From contig OX597822.1 of the NCBI GenBank assembly GCA_951406725.2, positions 14,384,001 to 14,448,000 of the forward strand: a DNA stretch of 64,000 bases. The letters are read 5' to 3'. The translations under genes were made by a program, and so were the position numbers. This document shows positions 39,734-55,130 of this stretch, in pieces; within the stretch, counting starts at the first letter, position 1; the number at the start of each line of letters is the position of its first letter. Under the pieces are notes generated by a model that saw only the letters and a list, made by a program, of their open reading frames with translations, did not search any database and was not told the DNA's origin. This stretch comes from Octopus vulgaris. Taxonomy: Eukaryota.

Positions 39734-40166
39734 GCACATGTGTGTGTATGCACACGCACTCTCACGCACACGCAAACACATTCTCACATATGTATACATG
39801 AATGAAAGAGAGAGAGGGAGAGGGAGAGAGAGAAAGAGAGAGAGATGAATACGATGTTTATTAAACATTTTTATATTCTTGCATAAACTTTCTTAATCAT
39901 TCACAGAGAGGAACAGGCGCACACATGCGGATGCTTATGTGTATACGAACTGACGGACAGACAGGCAACTAGATAGTTGGCTGGCTAGTTAGATACATAC
40001 GTACACAAATGCATACTTACACACACACACACACACATACATACATACATACATAAACATACATTCATATATGCATACATAGAGACAGTGAAGTAGACAG
40101 ACAAAAAGATGAACTGATAGATATATAGAGAGATAAAGAGATAGAGTGATAGATAGATAGACAGAC

Positions 40167-40229
<63 letters not shown>

Positions 40230-40404
40230 CAGAGAGATAGACAGAGAAATGAGTTAAGTAAATAGTTAGACACCTAGCAACCAGTAGGAACATTTATGAC
40301 AATAGATTGGTAGATAAGAAAACATATCTGTAAAGGTGTTCTAGATGCCCACAGACATTCAGACTTAGAGGTAAATTAATCAATGTACACATATACACAG
40401 GTTG

Positions 40405-40505
<101 letters not shown>

Positions 40506-40578
40506 TGCAAACAAACGAGAAAGCTTTGTAAGTTGCGGAGATAGAGTGACTACGCAAGTCAATTAGTACAATTCCGAA

Positions 40579-40765
40579 TGGGCCAAATGCTCACCCATCA
40601 ATTTCAGCCAAAATTTATGAAACCATATACTTCATCTGTCCAATACTACATAAAATAATTGTAAATAAATCAGCACTCCGTAACTTACAAAGTTAGAGTA
40701 TATATGGAGAGTTAGGGTATATATTCATAAAATGTGGCAGAAATTGATGGGTGAACGTTTGACCC
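40579..40765. mobile_element. Small MITE
   Basis: TIRs gggccaaatgctcacccatcaatttc / gaaattgatgggtgaacgtttgaccc. Confidence 0.6.
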
Positions 40766-40940
40766 AACAGGACGCGCAAAGAGCCGTGTGAACGTTGATG
40801 TATGTGTTCGATTCTTGGTCTAGGTTAGCTCATCATTTTCCAGTCAATTGTTTATATATAAATGTCGTTTAAAATCGGAGTATATATATTATTATTACAT
40901 ACTTTCATTGTGTGTATATATACTTAAATACATAGATACA

Positions 40941-41066
<126 letters not shown>

Positions 41067-41491
41067 CATACATACATACACGCACACATATATTTGTATT
41101 TAAGGATATATTATATATATATATATATATGATGATGACTATTTCACGAATGTATGTATATATTTCATTTACCTCTTACATGTTTCATTAATGCTAGGGC
41201 ACTATTTTTTTAAAGCCTAGTAACTATTCCATCGGTCCCTAGTTATCAGGGACATAAACAAACAAACAACGGTTGTCTAGCGTTGGTGGGGGACAAACTC
41301 ACACATAGATATACGAGATTATGGCTGAAGACACCAAGGTACCACGCAGTGAACAGAACCCCGAAGCACGCGACTGAAATGCAAACCTCTTACCGCACGA
41401 ACACACACCCACGCGCCTTGTATATACATACATAATCTTCTCTTCAAATATTAAAACTGTATCAAGGAATTTCCAAAATACTCCAAGTACT

Positions 41492-41531
<40 letters not shown>

Positions 41532-41670
41532 AATATATATACATATAGAAAGATAGAATATAAATATACGTATGTATGTATATATATATATACATATATA
41601 TGTGTAGACATACATACATACATACATACATACATACATACATACATACATACATACATACATACATACA

Positions 41671-41704
<34 letters not shown>

Positions 41705-41714
41705 ACTTAGATCA

Positions 41715-42075
41715 CTTAGATATGCTTCGACCAAAAATTGGTCAAGTTTTGTGATATCGTGGTCCATTCGAGTAGGGAATTCTGGTTGAGTGAGTTGTAT
41801 CGAGGTATAGGTGGTTTATCTGGTATTCCTTGAAGAAATTTGTCCAGATTACCTTTAAAGGTGATGGGATCCTTTTCCTCTTTGATCTCTTTCGGGACAC
41901 TGTTAAATAGGGCAGGGCCTGTTGAGGAAAACAAATTGTATTTATGCGCTGTGATCCTGAACTGGGTAGGGGATGTATGGCCCGTGGTCCTAGGCGTGGA
42001 TGAATTTTGAATCTAATGTTGAGGTCATTTGGGCAATACTGGCGGTATATTGTCCATATCATGCAAATGATATAT
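41715..42075 (-). mobile_element. CR1-group LINE 3' fragment
   Basis: IWTIY..YCPNDLNIRFKIHPRLG; GPALFNSVPKEIK...FKGNLDKFLQGIPDKP. Confidence 0.7.
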
Positions 42076-42099
42076 AACACATACACACACACACATACG

Positions 42100-42152
<53 letters not shown>

Positions 42153-42597
42153 GTATATATACATATAGACATGGCTGTGTTGTAAGAAGCTCACTTCTCA
42201 ACCATGCGGTTCCAGGTTCAGTCCCATTGCGTAACACCTTGGGCAAGTGTCTTCTACTAGGCCTTATACTGAGTATTAGGTTCGACACATTCGACTAAAA
42301 TTGCAAGATGATGCTCCATATATACATATATATATAAATTTTTGCCTTCAGAATGAGATAAAAAAAACCAAGGTTGTGAAGATTTTAGAACATTTATAAA
42401 TAGAAGGTCTTACAGCTGATATTGCAGTTGTAGATCCATTATTTAGACAGAATGGTATACATATAAGATTCCAATACGTTGTGAGTAAATTCCAATTGTA
42501 TTTAAAATTGGTCATTAAATAATATTGGAATCTACAACGACCAATTATATATATAATACAAACACATATATTACAAACACACACACACAAACACACA

Positions 42598-42658
<61 letters not shown>

Positions 42659-42659
<1 letters not shown>

Positions 42660-42878
42660 AAGTTATCCCTCGCCACATCGAGGTTCAGTTATCGCGGTTT
42701 ATTATTTAAGCTTACGCCGATTCCTCTGTGGTGTTGTTTTACATGTATAATAAAATAAATATATACAAATCATAAAAATAATAAAAAATATACAGGACAG
42801 TACTGTTTCTACTTCACGGATTTTCACCTATCGCGGGGTTTTTGGAGCGTAACATCCGAGGCAGACGAGGGATTACTG
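42659..42878. mobile_element. pogo/Tigger-like MITE
   Basis: TIR-like ends agttatccctcg ... cgagggattactg. Confidence 0.6.
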
Positions 42879-43700
42879 TGCGTGTATATATAAATATTCC
42901 ATAATTATAAACATAATTATAATCAGGGGGCAGCAAGTTGCTTCGCCAGGTACAGAATTTAGAAATAAGAGTTAAAATGCCTTTTCTACTACCAACACTT
43001 CCAAAAATATACACCCGATTGTTATTATTGCAATATATATATGTATATATATAGATTGAGATTTTGTATATTGTTCCCTTGAAAATGTAAGCATATATTC
43101 TCCTATTGCCCCTGCTTAAGCATGGATCGGGTTTAAAACCGAATCTGAATTAGACGATTGCGTATACTGGTCAGTAATATCGGTTTCGAATGTTGGCACA
43201 AGGCTAGCAATTTTGGGGGGTGAAGGGAGATTGTCGATTATATCGACTTTAGTGTTCAATTGGTAAATCGGAAAAGATGTGAGACAAAATCGATGTTAGT
43301 GGAATTCGAACTCAGAACCTCAAGACGGGCGAAATGCAGGCGTGCAAACGGTTCTACCATTTGCCAGTTAAAGAAACCGTATTAAAAATATGATAGCAAC
43401 GACTTGCTATTTTATAGACATTATGACATTACAAATGCGTGTGTTAGTGTGTATGTGCGTATTTCTATAAATATATATATATATATATATGCATACACAC
43501 AGACTTATGTATATGTACGACGGTCTTTGTTCTTGTCTACCAAACCCACGAATAAGGCTTTAGTCGGTTGGAGGCTATAGCAGAAAACAGTAGCCCAAGG
43601 TACCACGCAGTGAGGCTGAGACTGAACCCAGAACCATTTAGTTTTGAAGAAAACATCTTACCACACATCCGTGATATTTTATGTTTGATATATATATATA

Positions 43701-43795
<95 letters not shown>

Positions 43796-44165
43796 CAATA
43801 CAATGGTAAATGACTAAATAAATAACTAAATATATGGTGAATAGGAAGGGGGCTCCACCTTCTCTCTCTCTCTCTCCCTCTCTCTGCCTATCTAACTATG
43901 TATGTATGTATGTATGTATGTATCTATCTATCTATCTACCTACCTATATTTCTATCTATCTATCTCCACTGTCAATGGAACCTCACCCCCAAAAGACAAA
44001 AACCCCCATCTGTTTTATATAAATGAACAAACTGTATATTCACGAAATTCTATTTGACAAGTTCGAGAAATGAACGAAAGCGCTATTAATAATGAAGAAA
44101 TAAAAAAATTTTTTCTAAAATTCTGACGACTTTTTTCTCATTACAAACATACATACATACATACA

Positions 44166-44237
<72 letters not shown>

Positions 44238-44473
44238 TATATAGGTTGGGAAGCCAATCAACTAAGCGATCTTATAATCTTTTGATCTTTTGATCTTTTA
44301 ATCTTTTACTCTCTTATGTGTTACTATTATTACTATTACTAGTATATATTTGTGCAGCACACAGTCTTTGCATGTCTATATATTCTTATAATGCTCCCTT
44401 TTGTTTCGGAATAGACATAATAGTATATCTACCGGCTGATGTCATTTTTGTTCTCCTCCATTTTCTTTTTGCA

Positions 44474-44566
<93 letters not shown>

Positions 44567-44952
44567 ACAACATGTATAATTAATTCAATAACAAAATGAT
44601 GCGTGATTGGTTTCAACCTCAGTAATAATGAATGAAATGGAGTAATTACTGATATTCAAATAACATATAAGTTGTGTGACCGAAAGAAGGAATCAAAGAT
44701 AGAGTTAAAGGAAGAAAGAAATTTTTGAAAACAACAAATAAATTATAATTGGAAGGTGAAAAGTAAAGATATATATGGAAGACAATAATGGTAATAATCT
44801 AATCGTACAGCGAAAGTATGATGACAATGAAGAAAATATGAAAGGTATGAATAAAGAAGTGGAAACGGTGATAGGAAGGAGACGAGGTGAAGGAAATCGT
44901 GAAATAAAATGAAAGAAGTGAAGAATAAAGTTAAGAAGGGAGAATAAGAATA

Positions 44953-45191
44953 TCTTTTATGTGTTTCAGTTATTTGGTTGCGGCCATGCTGGGACACCGT
45001 CTTCAGGGGAAAATTAACTCCTAATGCATCTTTATTTTTTGTCTTTCAGTCTGGTTTCTTCTAACGGTTTCTTTTGCCGAACTGCTAAGCTACAAGGACG
45101 TAAACAAAACGAATACTGGCTGTCGAATAGTGGGAATGGGTGGGTTAAAAACCCGCACGCACATACACAGACACACGCATGTGTGTTTGTA

Positions 45192-45260
<69 letters not shown>

Positions 45261-45420
45261 GACGAACTCCACATAGTTTCTGTCGACCAAATTCACTCTC
45301 AAGGCATTGGTCTCAGCCCGAGTCCATTGTAGAAGACACTTGCTCAAGTTGCCGTGCATTGGGACTGAACCTGAGACCATGTGGTTGCAAAGCGATCTTG
45401 TTAACCACTTAACCATGTCT
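44953..45420 (-). mobile_element. SINE family A, diverged (others at 42168-42320 +, 43515-43670 -, 46590-46952 -, 51603-51955 +, 58203-58410 -)
   Basis: Similarity to 15085-15495. Confidence 0.7.
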
Positions 45421-47984
45421 GCATCTATTGTATATATTGAGAAGGAATTTATATGTGATGAAGCATGGATGAAAGGAAGTTAAATTGAAAATCTGAAATA
45501 AGGACCCAGAACTGTAACAGCTTAGGCTTCAAGGGTCCACATCTAATTAAAATTCTGCCATATCACCTCAGAGATTTGCAAGGTGTAAATGTGTAGGTCT
45601 TCAAAGCGCGTCTGAATAATATTTTTCTTTATATTTTTATCACTGATACCAGATGAGTCTACATCGCGGTCGAAGGCACAAAGAATTACCAGAAACAAAG
45701 TAGAAAAGAAACCCAAATACACTGAAAGGTGGTGCTCCAGCATGGCCTAAGCCTCTAGCTGAAACCTGTAGAAAATGAGAGATGAAAATAAAGGGAACGT
45801 GTGATAAGGAAATTAAAACGGAAGGAGGAAAAAGTTATGTGGGCGAATAAATTAAGAAAGAATTTTATTGAGTGAATGAATGATGATAAAGAAGCAAGGA
45901 TGAATGATAGAGAAGAATAAAGAAAATGTATCAATTGAATGAGTTATGATTAAAAAAATGAATCACTGAATGAGTTATGGTAAAATTTATACGAATGACA
46001 GTCTCATTGAAGAAGAATTGAGTGAAGCAAGCGAAGAATTAAGTTTACGAATAATGAATAAGTAATGAATGAATTTGAACGAGTGAATGAATTTATTCAT
46101 TTATCGAATGAAATTAAAACATGAATGTATAAATGGATGATTCTAGAAAAGAATGAAGTAAATCGAGACATGAATGAAAGATGGTAAAATATAATTGAAT
46201 AAAGTTGAAATATGAACGAACGAAATTGAAATACAAGAAAGAATGTAAAAGGAATGAAGACATTGAAACATAAATAAATGAATAAAAGTTGTCTGAATAT
46301 GAAGGAACGAACAAGCGAATGAAAGAAGTTTAAATGAATGAAAGAAAGGAAATTGAACGAAGGAAATTAAAAATGAATAATGGAATCTAAAACAGAAATG
46401 AATAAGGGAATAATATTAGAATGTGAATGAATATATAAATGAAAGAAGGAAAATGAATGAAGGAAAGTAAGGCATGGCCGAATGAGTAACTGCACGAAAT
46501 AAAAGCATGAAATTATCATTCGAAGTTAAAATGAATGAGAAGGCGATAAAGAGTATAGAGGAATGAAAGAGTGAAACGAAAGAACATAGCTTTTATTTGC
46601 TTGAATCATGAGACTGTGGCCATGCTGGGGCATCGCCTTGAAGAATATTTAGTCGAATGAATCGATCCCCGGTACTTATTTGTTTTTAGCTTGGTATTTA
46701 TTTTATCGGGCCCTTTTCTCAAACCGTGGAGTAACAGGGACGTAAACACACCAACATCGGTTGTCAAGCAATGGTAGGGGACAAATATAAATACACATAC
46801 ACACACACAAGCGACCGGCTTCTTTCAGTTTCCGTCTACCAAATACAAGGTCAGCCAGAGACTATAGTAGGAAGCACTTGTCCAAGGTGCTACGCTGTAG
46901 GACTGAACCTGGAACCATATGGTTGAGAAACAAAATTCTTATTGCACAGCGACCACTGTATAAAATATCCTTTTATCTTTATTCCGCAAGGAATGCAAAA
47001 CCGACAGCCCGACATAAGGTATTCGAGAAGGGAGAGAGGGAGCGAGGCAGATAGCCTCAAACCAAGGATCTAGCTCAGATGCTTGCAACAGAGTGAACTC
47101 CGATGAAGAGACCCAAAGTGGCAAGTAATGGTGATAAACCGGGCGACAGTTAAGTAGGCCATGGTGGAATTTGAACTCAGAATACAAAGAACTGCAACAA
47201 ATACAACAAGACATTCAGTCAAATGGATCACTCGTTATCCTAGATTGCTTCTTTTTCTTGTGTAGACTCCTGAAGGGATAACAAAATAGAGTTGATCTCA
47301 GCGGGATTAGAACTCAGAGTGTAGAGGTCAGAAGATATATCGCAAACCATTTGTCCAACGCTCTAACGATTCTGCCAACACGCAGCATAAACGAAGTTGA
47401 GGCATGAATTAAGTAATGTAACTGAAGGAATGAAAGAAGGAATGAATAAATGGAGTAAAAGTTTGAATGAATAAAGTTTTAAAAAATGGATGAAAGTAAG
47501 AAACTGAATTTAAAATGGGTAAATGAAGTTAACACATTGATGAGATAATTTGAAATATGAATGAAGCAAATTAAAAGTGCTGAATGAAGTGAAAGTATGA
47601 ATGAGTAAGCGAATAAAGATGAAATGAACGAAAGAAATGAATGAATTATGATAGAATCTAAATACAATTTATATATGAATGAACGAAATGAAAACACCAG
47701 TGAAAGAAATCGAAATAAAAATGAACGAAAATAATGCATAAATGAGGTACTGTAAAATATGGAAGAAAGAGGTTTAAACGAAGGAAATTATTATATTAAT
47801 GAATGAAGAAATGAAGCTAAAATATTTTTCAAAAGAAACCAAGATTTCTCTTTTACTCACCTTAGATATATGTGGAGAATTTTTACACGAAGCGTCATTT
47901 TCGCGAAAATTACATTTATTTTCTCTTTCTAGAATGGTAAATAAGCCGAATGATTGTTGGAAGAAGAAAGGAGTAAAGAATCTG

Positions 47985-48088
47985 AAGAAGAAGAAGAAGA
48001 AGAAGAAGAAGAAGAAGAAGAAGAAGAAGAAGAAGAAGAAGAAGAAGAAGAAGAAGAAGAAGAAGAAGAAGAATATAAACAGACAAAC

Positions 48089-48160
<72 letters not shown>
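47985..48160. repeat. (AAG)n followed by (GATA)n microsatellites
   Basis: Direct reading. Confidence 0.95.
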
Positions 48161-48162
<2 letters not shown>

Positions 48163-48386
48163 GGAACTAAAAATGGTTGGTAGGTTGAAGAAAGGAAGGA
48201 AATCTATAGAAATGTTGACCGGTGGATGAAGTCTTTAGATTCTAGAAGGATCCATTGGTAATATTTCACTCGGAACACATCTTTCGTAGAAGGACGAAGA
48301 ACGACCAATCGAAAGAGGAAGGTGCATTGTCGCCATTCTAGACGGCTAGACAGAGACAGCGTGCAATGTTATCATTGTGCTAATGA

Positions 48387-48450
<64 letters not shown>

Positions 48451-48690
48451 GCGTTTATGTGTGTATATGTGTGTGTATATGCATGTATATATGTGTGTAT
48501 ATATGTATATGTCTATATGTATGTTATGTATATTCGCAGTTTTTATAAAATCAGTGATTTATGTATATCTACTAATATAGTGTATATGAATGTGTTGTGT
48601 GATTATTGCCCTTCTGGCTAATAAAGAAATCCTCATTACAACAACAACTATAATAATAATGATAATATTAAAGATATTAATTATAATTAC

Positions 48691-48903
48691 ATTGCAAGGT
48701 AAACATCCAGGGTAGCTCCTGGAAATTCCTTTGAGTCAATCCAAATGACAAGTCCTCGGTGGATGTGACTGAGGCGGATGTGCCGTAGTGTGCCGCAGCG
48801 TGACGTGACGTTGGTCCGGTGAAGTGTCGAGTGACGTGATGTGGTGTGAAATCACGACGGGTGTTGTAAGGGTGGTGTGGAGTGTACCACGAATTATCCA
48901 ATT
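48691..48903 (-). other. Candidate 213-nt exon / CpG-rich island
   Basis: tttatAG|aa ttg gat...ttg caa t|GTAATT; one frame open throughout (LDNSWYTPHHPY...WMFTLQ). Confidence 0.35.
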
Positions 48904-49921
48904 CTATAAATGTTGTAGAATTTACCGAAATTAGAAATGGACTTGGAATTCCAGTTTTGTATTTTTGTTGTCGTCGTCATCGTTGTTGTTGTTGTTTATG
49001 TTGATGCTGTTGTCACTGCTGCTGGTACTGATTATGATGTAGAAATTGTTGCTGCTGCTGTTGCTGCTGTACCGAATATTGTTATTGCTGCTGCTGTTGT
49101 TACCGTTGTCAATGTTGTTGATGATGATACTGGTGTTGTTGCTGTTGGTGGTGGTAGTGGTGATTGTTGTTGATGTTATGCTTGCTGCTGCTCTTGTTGA
49201 TGACGTTGTTATTGATGCTGATGTCGTTGGTGATGTTCATCTCCATATTCTTACATAGCTGTCAAGTCAGCTCACACAGGACAGACTTTTTTAATGCCTT
49301 CCAGCCATGACCAACACGACTTTTAGCTGTTAGTATTTGTCCAGGAATTTTCTAATAAGACTATAATATCCAGAGTTAATTTTTAATTGCATGATAAAAT
49401 ATACTTTGCGGAATATACGAGGGTGATTTAGCTGTTATTTCTACCAGAAGGGGAGATCCCCTTAGAAGAGTGCTTGGCATCGAATGGATGAAATAAGCGG
49501 TCAACACCTTTTTTAATAAGGAACAAAATAAGAAATATAAAAATAAAAAAAACAATAAGGGAGTAAAACAAAAAAGCGAAGGGAGACTTGTTTTCCGGAT
49601 CCCCAAATCAAGTAATATCCAATGGGTGACTGAATAAAGGGGTTGGTGGGTAGGTTGGTGGTCAACGAAAAGGGGGAGTGGCGGCGAATGTGTTGGTATC
49701 AAGCACCCATGCCCTACGTCTCCCAGTAGCGGCCATCGATCAAATCTCTTTCAAATTTATATGATATGCAAACACAAACACACACACAGACACACATGCA
49801 CACACAAACATTCACATACAAGCACACACAGAAATATACTGATATAGAATATGTGTCTGTCTGTATGTGAGTGTGAGCGCGTGTTTATATATATATATAC
49901 ACACACACACGCATGTACATA

Positions 49922-49997
<76 letters not shown>

Positions 49998-50302
49998 TAT
50001 ATACATATATATATACATATATATATATACATACATATATATATATATATATATACACACACATATATGTATCTACGTGTATACATATATATATTTATAT
50101 ATATATACATATATGTATGTGTATATATATATTCATATATATAAATATATATATATGTATATATATGTGTGTGTGTATATATATGTATATACATATTGAA
50201 ACAGATCCGTTTCAGTAAGGTCACACTATTTTATTAAAGCTGGGTGTATATAGATATATACGTTTACACAAATATGTATATTCCTGTATATACATGTATG
50301 TA

Positions 50303-50354
<52 letters not shown>

Positions 50355-50404
50355 CATATATATATATATATATATATGTATGTATATATATATATATATA
50401 TATG

Positions 50405-50450
<46 letters not shown>

Positions 50451-50496
50451 CATATATATACATATATGTATACATATATATATATGTATGCATATA

Positions 50497-50529
<33 letters not shown>

Positions 50530-50580
50530 ATATATATATATGTAAATATATATATGTACATATATATAAATATTCATATA

Positions 50581-50615
<35 letters not shown>

Positions 50616-50790
50616 ACAGGCACATATATATATACATATACATATATATATGTACATGCATATCTATATATATATATATATATATATATGCATGTATATA
50701 TGCATATCTATATGTGTGTGTGTCTCTTTGTCTATCTGTCTATGTGTATACATGTGTGTATGTTTGTATGTATAGAGGTGTGTGTGCGTA

Positions 50791-50837
<47 letters not shown>

Positions 50838-51109
50838 TTTTGCGTAACGTGTGTGTATAACGAACCAGAGAACAGTCACCTGAAGCCAAGAAGAAGAAGA
50901 ATATACGAGAAGAATATATGATGTTGATGATGATAAAAACGATTCGGATTGGTCGTAAGAGTGGGTGGGTTGGTAAAAGAGAAAAAGTTGGGTGGGTGAA
51001 GATTATTTGCGGAAGGAGGAAATTCAAGGGAGGGGGATGGAAGGAGAAAGGGAACGAGGAGCAGTAAGAGGAGGAAGTGACAGAGGGGAAAGTTGTGAAG
51101 TGCACCAAG

Positions 51110-51192
51110 ATAATGACGACAACGACGACGATGTCGACGACGACGATGATGACGATGACGATGATGACGATGACGATGATGACGATGATGAC

Positions 51193-51236
<44 letters not shown>

Positions 51237-51299
51237 CGATGATGACGATGATGATGATGGTGATGACGATGATGACGATGATGATGATGACGATGATGA

Positions 51300-51330
<31 letters not shown>

Positions 51331-51378
51331 GATGACGATGATGACGATGATGGTGATGATGACGACGACGATGATGAT
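51110..51378. repeat. (GAT/GAC)n trinucleotide tract
   Basis: Direct reading. Confidence 0.95.
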
Positions 51379-51773
51379 AGTAAGCGCCGAGCCGGTGGAA
51401 TCGCTAGCATCCTTCTTTACGTTCTTAGTTCAAATTCCTCCGAGATTGACTTTGCCTTTCGTCTTTTGGCGTTCGATGAAATAAGAACTAGTTGAGGACT
51501 GGGGTCAATGTAATCGGCCAAAACTTTCAGCCCTTGTACCTCTATTAGAAAGGATTATTATGAGAGGACCGGACGAAATGCATTTTTGTGGTCTCGGTTT
51601 ATAGCGCAGGCGTAGGTGTGTGGTAAGAAGCTTGCTTCCCAACCACATGGTTCTGGCTTTTGTCCCCCTGCGTGGCGTCTTGGGCAAGTATCTTCCACTA
51701 TAGGCACGGGCCCATTAAAACCTTGTGAATGAATTTGGTATATGGAAACTGAAAGAAGCCAGTCGTATATACA

Positions 51774-51813
<40 letters not shown>

Positions 51814-52184
51814 TATGTATGTATGTATCTATCTATTCGTGTGTGTCAGTGTGTCTGCTCCATATAATCGATTGACAACAAGTGTTCATTTCTTTATGTC
51901 CTCGTTACGTAGGGGTCCGAAAAAAATGGCCGATAAAATAAGTACTAGGCTTTAAAAAAAATAATTCAACTAAAATCCCTTTAAGGTCCTTACTCTGGTA
52001 TCTATCTATCTTTTTTACCTCACTATCCCTTTTGATCGGAATTTTATTTTTCTCTTTTTTTTCTATTTTCGAAAAGAAAAGCTCTACATTGTATTTTGTC
52101 CCCTCTGTGTTCGGGCCTGTGTGGCTAATAATGAAACTATCTATCTATCTGTCTGTATATGTATGTATGTGCGTATGTATGTAG

Positions 52185-52238
<54 letters not shown>

Positions 52239-52490
52239 TACATATATCTGTAATATAATATGTGGCAATTATTCTATTGCCATATTATGATTCCGTGTTT
52301 CGGATGTCGGGTGGAAAACTGCTCCTGTATCTCGTCAGTTATCAAAGCAACCAAAAAATGCTCCGACATCCGAAACTCGGAATCTTACAATGGCAACCGG
52401 ATAATTGTCACATATTATATTACAGATAAATTCCTCTATTTACATAATATCGAGGTCTCATTCATTCTTTTGTTGTCTTACCATTACTAT

Positions 52491-52536
<46 letters not shown>

Positions 52537-52561
52537 TCTTTTGTTGTCTTACCATTACTAT

Positions 52562-52618
<57 letters not shown>

Positions 52619-52674
52619 CATATATATATATGAATAAATAAATGAAGTTTAACGCAGGTGTAATAAAATATTTT

Positions 52675-52758
52675 TACTTTCGACACATGTTTCGAAAATT
52701 CCACTGATACTATTCAAAAGAATAAATGGTATAAACAATGCAATCTTCTCAGGAAAGT
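52675..52758 (-). ncRNA. Degenerate hammerhead in the 3' pLTR of a PLE
   Basis: actttc-CTGA[gap]-gaagattgca...tggaattttc-GAAA-catgtGTC-gaaagt; the core appears to lack NGA. Confidence 0.5.
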
Positions 52759-52960
52759 GAAAAAAACGAAACTCGTCGATAAGACATTTTAGCAAAAAAT
52801 GATGGATTTGTATAGCGATAGACAGAACGCTATTAATATTGTTTTAAAAAAACGTTATATGATATAACGTCATAAGTAGCTAACAGAAAGAGTAGGGATA
52901 TTAATAGTGAATGTTAAATATAAAGGAAATTAAAGTTTAAATTATATATTATGATAGAGA

Positions 52961-53719
52961 CTACTTATATGCACTAAATGTATGTTTTTGCCAATGCTTA
53001 CATCTGTATGCTCGCTCTATAACCGTGTTTACTAGAGTATTTTTAGAAAAAATAATGAAATATAGCTCAGAATTGCAGAGAAGACAGAATTTCTTGCCTT
53101 TGTCATATGGTATCGAAATTGAGAGAATCAACCATTCTAAATGAAATTGTTCATTGTGGTCTTTTAAATCCCAAATCAGTTTGCTGAGACCGGTACTATT
53201 CCGTTTATTTCTATCCCTAAATGTTGAGTAATGGAAAGAAATTCTTTTAGATAACTCTAACGATGTGCTTCCAATGTAAAATCGTACTTTATTACGAGTA
53301 CTGATTATACACTGGTATATAGAATTTTTAATCTTAGAGTTACTTGACATAAACTTAATTCTATTGGAATTGACTTCAGATACAATAACCTTGTTATTAA
53401 TAATTTTAGAGGGTTGGATGGTATTAGCTAAATTAATGTTAGTATTAGTAAATGTATCAATATTTAACAGTTTGTTATTATGAGAAGAGATAATTTGCAA
53501 GAGATTTTTTGTGTTTGAAAAACCTATCCTAACCTTATGTGAATTGATAATAGAGTAATATCTAGAATTGTGTGGAAAATTCCTAGCAATATCTTGACGA
53601 AACAGCAGTGGGAGATTAGATTTAATTTGTCTCCCGCAAGGAATTATTAACCAAATATTTTTACTAGTATTCATAGCGTAGTTACTTTTGAAGGTGTTAT
53701 ATTTACTTTTCAAACACAA
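52961..53719 (-). mobile_element. Penelope-like element ORF C-terminus: RT thumb/linker + GIY-YIG endonuclease
   Basis: IYQCII...YIGST..LSKRI..H...F....STGLSK.IWDLK......EW.IL....Y......CLLC..E...RCKH; upstream 'RNFPHN...IISSHNNKLL' is typical of the PLE linker. Confidence 0.85.
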
Positions 53720-53997
53720 AAAATCTCTTGCAAATTATCTCTTCTCATAATAACAAACTGTTAAATATTAATACATTTACTAATACCACCTGATTGGTAC
53801 TTGAGTATAGAAGAGCAGATTCAGTGCAATGGGGAATGAAATGCCTTGCTTAAGGACATAACGTTGCAAAGGATATGGGATTGAAGTCACAGTTTTATAA
53901 TTATGAGCTGAATATTCTGTCGTCTTGGCCAGGAATATGAAAGTGAAAGTAATTGAGAATGAACAGGAAACAAACACACATGCATGCACAGGTAAAA

Positions 53998-54041
<44 letters not shown>

Positions 54042-54045
54042 TATA

Positions 54046-54076
<31 letters not shown>

Positions 54077-54149
54077 GATATATATATATATATATATATG
54101 CATATATATATATATATATATATGCATATATATATTATATATATATATC

Positions 54150-54258
<109 letters not shown>

Positions 54259-54543
54259 CACACACACATATATATATATGTATATATATATACACACACA
54301 CGTATATACATATATATATATATATATAGTAAATTCTCTCTATATATTACACGCTCACGTGGTCACATCAGTTTTATCCTGTCTCGACCTCCTAACACTT
54401 TGAACTTTTGTATTTCTGTGTTCTTTTCTGTCGAAGAGCGTAGGCTCGAAACGTAAAAAGACTTTCTCACTTCACGACCGTTAAATTAATTCATCTTTTT
54501 GTTGTTTACACACCCGTCTTCGTCTTTTGCTTTTGGCAAATTC

Positions 54544-54631
<88 letters not shown>

Positions 54632-54651
54632 CATGTATATATATACGTATA

Positions 54652-54715
<64 letters not shown>

Positions 54716-55130
54716 GAAAAATACAAACTGGGACAAGAACGCAAAACACTTAGAAGACGACACAAAAAACACGGACGGGACATTCGAAGCCCTCAATCTT
54801 CAGTCAAGAACCGGATCATCGTAGCAATTTCGGTTGATTAATCTTGAGATCGCTCCGATCCGGCCAGCCCTCAGGAAAACTAAGCTACGAGCATTAGAAA
54901 AACTATGCACACACACAGTCACAGTAAGTGTGACATACACATACACTTACCTATCATTGTAAGTATGCAAACGCACACGCAGTATCTCTTACATAGCATA
55001 CACGCACATTGACTCTCACATACAAACACACACACACTCACACACGCACATAGTTACATATACACGCTTATGCATTTGCACGTACACGTATATACACACA
55101 GACGATTCTCTCGTATACGTTGAAATGTAT

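Noticed and set aside
47799-48098. Poly-Lys ORF
   Set aside because: (AAG)n microsatellite
50992-51495. Acidic poly-Asp protein
   Set aside because: A (GAT/GAC)n microsatellite running into a SINE; no splice or domain support
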